Origin: Candidatus Latescibacterota bacterium | GTDB taxonomy: Bacteria > Latescibacterota > UBA2968 > UBA8231 | Direction of reading: 5' to 3' | Length of the DNA: 64,000 bases | Assembly: GCA_965203355.1 (NCBI GenBank) | Contig: OZ241889.1 | Span: forward strand, 3,200,001 to 3,264,000 | Shown: positions 58,410 to 64,000 of the stretch, piece after piece | Layout: the number at the start of each line of letters is the position of its first letter | Numbering within the stretch: position 1 is the first letter of the stretch | Translations under genes and position numbers: made by a program | Notes under the pieces: model-generated | What the model was told of the DNA's origin: nothing | The model's input: only the letters and a program-made list of their open reading frames with translations | Database searches by the model: none

Positions 58410-58727
58410 AGCTAAAACTCCTGTACGTTACTGACGGCTAAAGCCCGTCCGCTTTTTGCCGGAGCACACTTGACAAAGGCGGCGTCTACGTTCTGCTCCG
58501 CAGGCCCGCATCGGGCCTTGTTTACGAGATCGCGTTACGCAAAACGCTATAATCCCCACGCCTGATCGACATCGCGCTGGTACGCGTCGATCCGGCCCGC
58601 CAGCACATCGGCGACCTGTACCACCTGCCAGAGATAGCCCCGCTGACCGCCTTCCTCCGCGTCGGTTTCCACTGGCCGTCCTTTGCTCATGGGACGACCG
58701 CGCCCTTCTTACGTCAAATCCCCTCCA

Positions 58728-59567
58728 TCACCACCCTAGCACCTCGGTCAAGAACGCCTCTACCCCCGCTTCGTACGCGGCCGCGTCCTCGCTAAAGGCC
58801 GTGCTGTGGCCACCCCGCAACTCGATAAACGCCTTGGGCTGGGCTGCGGCCTCGTACAGCCGTTGGCCGTGTGCGAATGCAATCAACTCGTCGTCGCGGC
58901 TGTGGCTCACCAGCACCGGGCAGCGGATCTGCTTTAGGTACTCCAGCGTGGGATATTCGTAGCGGGCCAGCAGACCGATCGGAAAAATCGGATACAGCTC
59001 TTGGCCCAGTGCGGGCATAGCGGTAAAGGTCGCTTCCAAAAAAAGAGCGGCCGGCGTCTTGTCCTGTACTAGCTGCGCGGCGATCGGCCCGCCCAGCGAG
59101 CGCCCCACGACGACGATGCGCTCCGGGGATACGCCCGCCTCAGCGACCAGATAGTCCCACGCGGCCGCCACGTCCCCATAGGTTCCTTCCTCAGAGGGCG
59201 TCCCCTCGCTCTGACCATAGCCGCGATAGTCAAACAACAAAATCCCCAAGCCCAACCGGTGCGCATCCTCGGCTACGCCAAGCAAATTTGATATGTTGCC
59301 CGCATTCCCATGGCAAAAAAGCACTGTGCCGCACGCATCGGCCAACGGCAGGTACCACCCGGTCAGCCGCACTCCATCGCCGGCGACGAGCGCGACTTCT
59401 TCATAGTCCATCCCCACCGAGGCTGGCGTACCTTCAATGCGAGCACTCGGCGCATAGATGAACTTTTCCTGAAAAAAATAAAGATAGGCCGCGGCCAAAA
59501 CGTAGCCCACCACAGCGAGCACCGCGATTCCCAGCACCAAGCGTCCTATGAGCGGCATTAAGGGCAT
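58728..59567 (-). CDS. Membrane-anchored alpha/beta hydrolase
   Basis: N-terminal TM helix; HGNAGN, DYRGYG.SEG.PSE.G, GRSLGG, HS.DDE and GGH motifs. Confidence 0.9.
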   Translation of the reverse strand: MPLMPLIGRLVLGIAVLAVVGYVLAAAYLYFFQEKFIYAPSARIEGTPASVGMDYEEVALVAGDGVRLTGWYLPLADACGTVLFCHGNAGNISNLLGVAEDAHRLGLGILLFDYRGYGQSEGTPSEEGTYGDVAAAWDYLVAEAGVSPERIVVVGRSLGGPIAAQLVQDKTPAALFLEATFTAMPALGQELYPIFPIGLLARYEYPTLEYLKQIRCPVLVSHSRDDELIAFAHGQRLYEAAAQPKAFIELRGGHSTAFSEDAAAYEAGVEAFLTEVLGW

Positions 59568-59786
59568 CCGCGCAAGGTCCTCCGTCTAAGTGAAAGTTAG
59601 AATTATTGACACGTCTAACACAAAAAATGCTAATTGTAGAGCCAAATCCATACCAACCCAAAAGATCGCCCATGCCCGTTGTTCTCTCATTCGGCGCCCG
59701 CGGTCCGCGCCTCGTCGTCGATCGCCGCAACGCCAAAATGTATCCAAGCGCACGAGTTGTTCCCATTGCGCTGGGCCCCTAGCCTC

Positions 59787-62111
59787 ATGTCCACCATCCT
59801 CTTGTTGCTCTGCTTGGTCGCCGCCGCTGACGCCGACCAACTGCGCTTCAGTTCGGAGCGCGATTGGCGCGATTGGCAACGGCCCTTCGGCGCAGTCAAG
59901 GTGGCACCCAATGGCTCGATTCAGCCGATGCGCGTTACAAAAAACACCGATGCCGTGCGCGATGCCCTCCAGTTCGGCGGTGGTATCCGCCGGGCCGGCT
60001 CCAATCCCGGGGACGCCGTTGCGCTGCTCGACGGCAATCCAGCGACCGGTTGGGCACCGCGCCCAAGCGACGATCCGGCCGACTGGTTCGTGGAAATCGA
60101 CCTGGGCCGCAGCGTCTCGGCGCACAGCATCGCCTTGGTTTTCGCGGCCGACGCCCCTCCCTTTGAGCTGTTCGACCTCTTGCTCTCCTCAGGCGAGCCC
60201 CAGCTCGACCAAGTAGCCAATCCGATTGCCGGCTCCCTGCTCTACCGCATTAAGGAACGCTTCAAAGAAAACACGCGCCACCGCGTCACATTCGCTCCGG
60301 GCGACGCGCTCTATCTAACGCCGATCCGCTACCTGCAAATCCGCAACCTCAAACACGTTCCCGATGCCCGGCTCGTCGCAGTCCAAGTCGAGAGCATCGG
60401 CGACAATCTCACCCTCAACCTGCTCGAGCGCGGCGGCGTCATAGACGTAGTCATCGATGCCTTTTTCCGCGCCGAAGAAGTCGCTTTGGGCAACGCGCTC
60501 AACCTAGTCGATGGCTCGATCTTCGATCGCTGGCGCAACGGGCGCGAGCCGCGCAACACCTACAATACTTGGAGCCACATCACCATCGACTTGGGGGCCG
60601 TCTATCCGGTGGACTTCGTACGCCTGATTACCGGCGTGGCCATCCGCGGCGGCTTTGGCGAACACCTGCTGCGCACCCGGGCCGGAGCCAGCGGGTCGCG
60701 CTCCTTCAGCTACAAGACCTACGAAGTCCTCACCTCGGACGGCACCATAGCCCCGGACGGCACCCGCATCTGGACGCGGCACTTTACCGGGTCCGCGGGC
60801 AGCGAAAACCACAGCGCCGGGTTGGCCGACCACCAGTTTCCCACCCTGCCAGCCCGCTACGTCCGCATCGCTTGGCTGATCTGGGACGCCACCTGCGCCG
60901 CGACCCTGCCCGACGCTTCCTCGCGCTGGGCCTGCTACGCCAACGGCTCAGCCGAGGAGATCCAAGTGTACGGCGAAGGCTATCCCCTTTCGGTCGATCT
61001 CCGCTCGCCGCTGATCGACCTAGGCACCGGCAAGAATCTCAATTCGCTTGAGTGGCAAGCCCAGACTCCCTTGGGCACCCATATCGAAGTCCGCTCTCGC
61101 ACCGGCAACGAGGTCGTCGAGCAATACACTTTTCACGACAAAAATGGCAAGGAAGTGACCGAGAAGCGCTACGACAAACTGATCCCCAGTTTTAAGGGCA
61201 AGATCGACACCACGCGCATCCCCGGAGCAGACTGGAGCCCCTGGAGCAATATGTACAGCGCGTCGGGTGCGGCCTTCCAATCGCCTTCTCCGCGCCGCTT
61301 TATGGAACTCGATGTGCGCTTGGCGTCCGACAGCCCGACGCAAGCACCCCACTTTAACGGGCTGGCCGTCCACTTCAGCGATCCCCTCGCGTCCGGGGTC
61401 GTCGGCGAAGTGTTCCCTCTCCAAGCCGCTCCCGGCCAAGCGACCCAGTTTTCCTACTTCTTGCGGCCCGCGACAACCCGCGATGGTTTCGACCAGATCG
61501 CCATTGAAGCCACCCCCATCCCTCGCTTTGACGCCGCCTGGGTCGATGGCGATCCGGTCGCGGTGGCCACCGACCCCCTCGCGCAGGGCTTTCGCGCCAC
61601 GTTCCCGCGCCGCATTCGCAGTCGCCAACTCGTCGAACTGCGCTTTACCGCCCCCATTTATCTACAGGCGACCCGCTTCAACGCCTTTCTCGAAGACAGT
61701 CAAAAGGCGCAAACGCGGCAACTCGTGGACCCAGGCGACGCGGCCCCTCAAGTCGAGAGCAGTTCCAACATCGTGCGCTTGCCCGTGGCCACCCCACTCT
61801 TTGCCGGCCTCTCGTTTAGCCCCGCGCTCATTACGCCCAATGGCGACGGGATCAACGATCAACTCCTCATCTCCTTCGATCTCATCAACGTGCTCTCGGC
61901 CCGCCCCTTACACCTGCGGCTCTACGACTTGTCCGGTCGGCTGCTTTTTACCCAAGAGCGGGCCGCCCAAGCCGGCCACATCGCCTGGCACTGGGACGGG
62001 CGCGACCTAAACGGCCAGCGCACACCGCCCGGCCTCTACCTAGCCGAACTACACGTCGCGGGCGATGCGGGGAATCGCAGTGTGCGACGGATCGTAGCCG
62101 TGGCCTACTAG
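59787..62111 (+). CDS. Secreted protein with discoidin/F5-8-like domains and C-terminal FlgD-Ig domain
   Basis: Signal peptide MSTILLLLCLVAAADA, LDG.P.TGW...IDLG repeats, TPNGDGIND and WDGRD..G...PPGLY motifs. Confidence 0.7.
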   Translation: MSTILLLLCLVAAADADQLRFSSERDWRDWQRPFGAVKVAPNGSIQPMRVTKNTDAVRDALQFGGGIRRAGSNPGDAVALLDGNPATGWAPRPSDDPADWFVEIDLGRSVSAHSIALVFAADAPPFELFDLLLSSGEPQLDQVANPIAGSLLYRIKERFKENTRHRVTFAPGDALYLTPIRYLQIRNLKHVPDARLVAVQVESIGDNLTLNLLERGGVIDVVIDAFFRAEEVALGNALNLVDGSIFDRWRNGREPRNTYNTWSHITIDLGAVYPVDFVRLITGVAIRGGFGEHLLRTRAGASGSRSFSYKTYEVLTSDGTIAPDGTRIWTRHFTGSAGSENHSAGLADHQFPTLPARYVRIAWLIWDATCAATLPDASSRWACYANGSAEEIQVYGEGYPLSVDLRSPLIDLGTGKNLNSLEWQAQTPLGTHIEVRSRTGNEVVEQYTFHDKNGKEVTEKRYDKLIPSFKGKIDTTRIPGADWSPWSNMYSASGAAFQSPSPRRFMELDVRLASDSPTQAPHFNGLAVHFSDPLASGVVGEVFPLQAAPGQATQFSYFLRPATTRDGFDQIAIEATPIPRFDAAWVDGDPVAVATDPLAQGFRATFPRRIRSRQLVELRFTAPIYLQATRFNAFLEDSQKAQTRQLVDPGDAAPQVESSSNIVRLPVATPLFAGLSFSPALITPNGDGINDQLLISFDLINVLSARPLHLRLYDLSGRLLFTQERAAQAGHIAWHWDGRDLNGQRTPPGLYLAELHVAGDAGNRSVRRIVAVAY

Positions 62112-62146
62112 GATTGCACAGAGGACGATGGAGAAGCTAATCACGC

Positions 62147-62175
62147 TTGATTCAGCTTCTATGTATGGCTACTTT
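62147..62175 (+). promoter_or_regulatory. Predicted sigma70 promoter giving a leaderless vapB mRNA
   Basis: TTGATT (62147-52), a 17-nt spacer, TACTTT (62170-75), then 6 nt to ATG 62182. No SD sequence. Confidence 0.5.
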
Positions 62176-62181
62176 GGAAGT

Positions 62182-62385
62182 ATGAAAACTACGGTTGATA
62201 TTCCTGAAGATGAGCTTGAGGATGCCATCAGGTTCACGAAAGCGAAGACCAAACGCGAGGCCATTGTCGGAGCCATCGCAGACTTCAACCGCCGCAGGCG
62301 CATGGCGGAACTCGTCCAATATGCTGGCACTTGCCCGGATCTGATCACGCCGCAGGAGCTACAGGCCGGGCGGCGGCAAGGCTGA
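62182..62385 (+). CDS. vapB: VapB-type (RHH) antitoxin
   Basis: MKTTVDIP...L..A.....KTKREA...A....RR...EL....G pattern; followed by a PIN gene start. Confidence 0.8.
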   Translation: MKTTVDIPEDELEDAIRFTKAKTKREAIVGAIADFNRRRRMAELVQYAGTCPDLITPQELQAGRRQG

Positions 62386-62389
62386 GCCG

Positions 62390-62472
62390 ATGATCCTCGT
62401 CGATACCTCCTCTTGGATACACATGCTCCGGCCGAGCGGCGATCCCACGGTCCGCGCTCGCGTCGAAGCGGC
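62390..62472 (+). pseudogene. vapC: Truncated VapC (PIN) toxin, first ~28 codons only
   Basis: MILVDTSSWI.MLR..GD..V..RV, after which PIN similarity is lost. The frame runs into the antisense 3' end of the convergent gene. Confidence 0.75.
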
Positions 62473-62509
62473 ACCCGCCCACCGCGCTGCGGATGCGGAT
62501 TTCGAGCCC

Positions 62510-63103
62510 TCACCCCCACAAAAAAAACGCACCCAACAGCGCAACCCACACCACTTCGAGGAAATGCCAATACGCGGCGCAGGCCCGCACTGAGAGCAAA
62601 TGCTCGCTGTCGAGCCGGTTCAAGCGCGCCTTCCACGCCAGCATTGACAACGGCACCATGCCACCTACCACGTGCAGCGCATGAATCGCGATCAGCGCGA
62701 ACGCAATGCCATAGCCCCGCCCCTCCAAGGCCCGGTGGCGGTCGAGCAGCTGTATCAGCGCCGGTATCTGTACCGCGATAAACAACGCGCTCGTCACCCA
62801 AGCCCGGGCCAACCACCGTCGCAAAAGCGGGAAGTGCCCGCGCTTGGCGTTCTGCGTGGCCTGGTACACTGCCAACCCAGCCCCCAACAGCACCGCCGTG
62901 GAAACGATAAGCACCAGCGGCAGCTCAATGCGCTCGCTCCCCGGCAGCCCCGGGCTGGTCAGCCGCAGGTAGGCAAAAGCCGCGATGCTGGCCCCAAACA
63001 GCATCGCGAGCGAGATCAAAAACAGGGCCAGCCCCAACTGGCGACGACCGCGTAGATCGGGCGAGTTCCAGTTCATCCGCAGCGGCACTCCGGCAAAGGC
63101 CAT
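62510..63103 (-). CDS. Heme-copper oxidase subunit III-like membrane protein
   Basis: LG..LFL.S..MLF, ST.VLL, HALHV..G and YWHFL..VW motifs. Confidence 0.8.
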   Translation of the reverse strand: MAFAGVPLRMNWNSPDLRGRRQLGLALFLISLAMLFGASIAAFAYLRLTSPGLPGSERIELPLVLIVSTAVLLGAGLAVYQATQNAKRGHFPLLRRWLARAWVTSALFIAVQIPALIQLLDRHRALEGRGYGIAFALIAIHALHVVGGMVPLSMLAWKARLNRLDSEHLLSVRACAAYWHFLEVVWVALLGAFFLWG

Positions 63104-63110
63104 CCCCGTC

Positions 63111-64000
63111 TCACGGCGTCGGCGCAGCCTCTGGCAGCAACCCTTCGGCCTTCAACTCCGCCCACAGAGCCGCCGGAATCTCCACCTGCATCACGCGCGC
63201 ATTGTCCTCCAGCTCGGCCACCGACGCCGCGCCGGGCACCGCTGAAATCACGGCCTCGTGCCCAAAGGGAAATTGCAAGGCCGCGGCCCGCAGTTCAACG
63301 CCGTGTCGGTCGCAGACGGCCTTGAGTGCCTTGGCCTGTTGCACCAGCGGCTCAGACGCGGGTTGGTAATCAAAAGAGACCGCCTGGTTCAAATCGCGGG
63401 CGAGGATGCCGCTGTTGTACGGCCCACCCATGGTCAGCTTTACTCCGCGCGCTAGGCACAGCGGCAAAAACTCGGGCAAGGCCGACTGGTCCAGCAGCGT
63501 GTAACGCCCGGCTAGCAGGATAAAATCCAAATCAAAGCGCTCAACCATCCGCCCAGTGCGCTCCCACTCGTTCATGCCCAGGCCAATGGCCTTGACCGCG
63601 CCGGTTGCCCGCAACTCGACCGCGGCCGCCAGTGCCTCGATAAAGTCCTCGTCCGCGTGCTGCCCCTTGAAGTCGCTGTCGTGGACAAAAAAAATATCCA
63701 CCGCCGCCAAGCCCAGCCGTTCCAAGCTCGCAGCGAGCGAGGCTTTCAGGCCCGCCGCACTGAAGTCAAAATCGCAGATGTAGCGCGGGATCCCGTCCTC
63801 GCTGTAAGGAGCCAAGTCGTCCGGGTTTTCAGGCCGCAACACCCGCGATCCCTTGGTCGAGATGGCAAATGACGCACGCGGGAACTCACCGAGCACCCGC
63901 CCATAGCGCACCTCGCTGCGGCCATTGCCGTACAGGGGCGCGGTGTCAAAATAGCGCACGCCCATTTCGTAGGCCCGGCCGATGATGGCCAACGCTTCGT
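63111..64000 (-). CDS. Aldo/keto reductase (5'-partial)
   Basis: G.RYFDTAPLYG.G.SE, STK, SLERLG, VHD, AGRYTLL and GG.YNSG.LA motifs. Confidence 0.92.
   Translation of the reverse strand, partial: EALAIIGRAYEMGVRYFDTAPLYGNGRSEVRYGRVLGEFPRASFAISTKGSRVLRPENPDDLAPYSEDGIPRYICDFDFSAAGLKASLAASLERLGLAAVDIFFVHDSDFKGQHADEDFIEALAAAVELRATGAVKAIGLGMNEWERTGRMVERFDLDFILLAGRYTLLDQSALPEFLPLCLARGVKLTMGGPYNSGILARDLNQAVSFDYQPASEPLVQQAKALKAVCDRHGVELRAAALQFPFGHEAVISAVPGAASVAELEDNARVMQVEIPAALWAELKAEGLLPEAAPTP

Noticed and set aside
2336-63949. Numerous long Arg/Pro/Ala-rich overlapping ORFs in the track (e.g. 6930..7838, 19227..20321, 41809..42807, 45554..46327)
   Set aside because: These are shadow ORFs of GC-rich or repetitive genes on other frames or strands, with no domain motifs.

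Overview
This is a GC-rich bacterial window, roughly 60-65% GC in core genes and visibly lower in the inserted islands. The gene content suggests an FCB-related candidate phylum (Latescibacterota/Poribacteria-like), possibly a sponge or animal symbiont; this is an inference from FlgD-Ig secreted proteins, UBact, and eukaryote-like LRR and ankyrin proteins. Housekeeping genes (nadB, gatB, cysS, lepB, hisC-like, oxidoreductases, hydrolases) are interleaved with many small defence-type insertions. These comprise three R-M-like pairs, an ApeA-type HEPN protein, an AAA-DUF4143 protein and three toxin-antitoxin loci damaged by deletion or truncation. The main features are: (1) a complete UBact-proteasome operon (lepB-arc-dop-ubact-prcB-prcA-pafA) with a non-canonical ARC tail (GQVI); (2) an adjacent three-gene dynamin-like GTPase operon whose third gene carries about 9 ankyrin repeats; (3) a highly structured leader or ncRNA of about 330 nt in front of that operon, which begins at a predicted sigma70 start site with a 16-bp closing stem and a possible pseudoknot; (4) a 23-repeat LRR-dockerin lipoprotein broken by one in-frame TAA. 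No rRNA, tRNA, CRISPR array, reverse transcriptase or intact transposase was recognised. All family calls come from motif recognition by eye, not from database searches.
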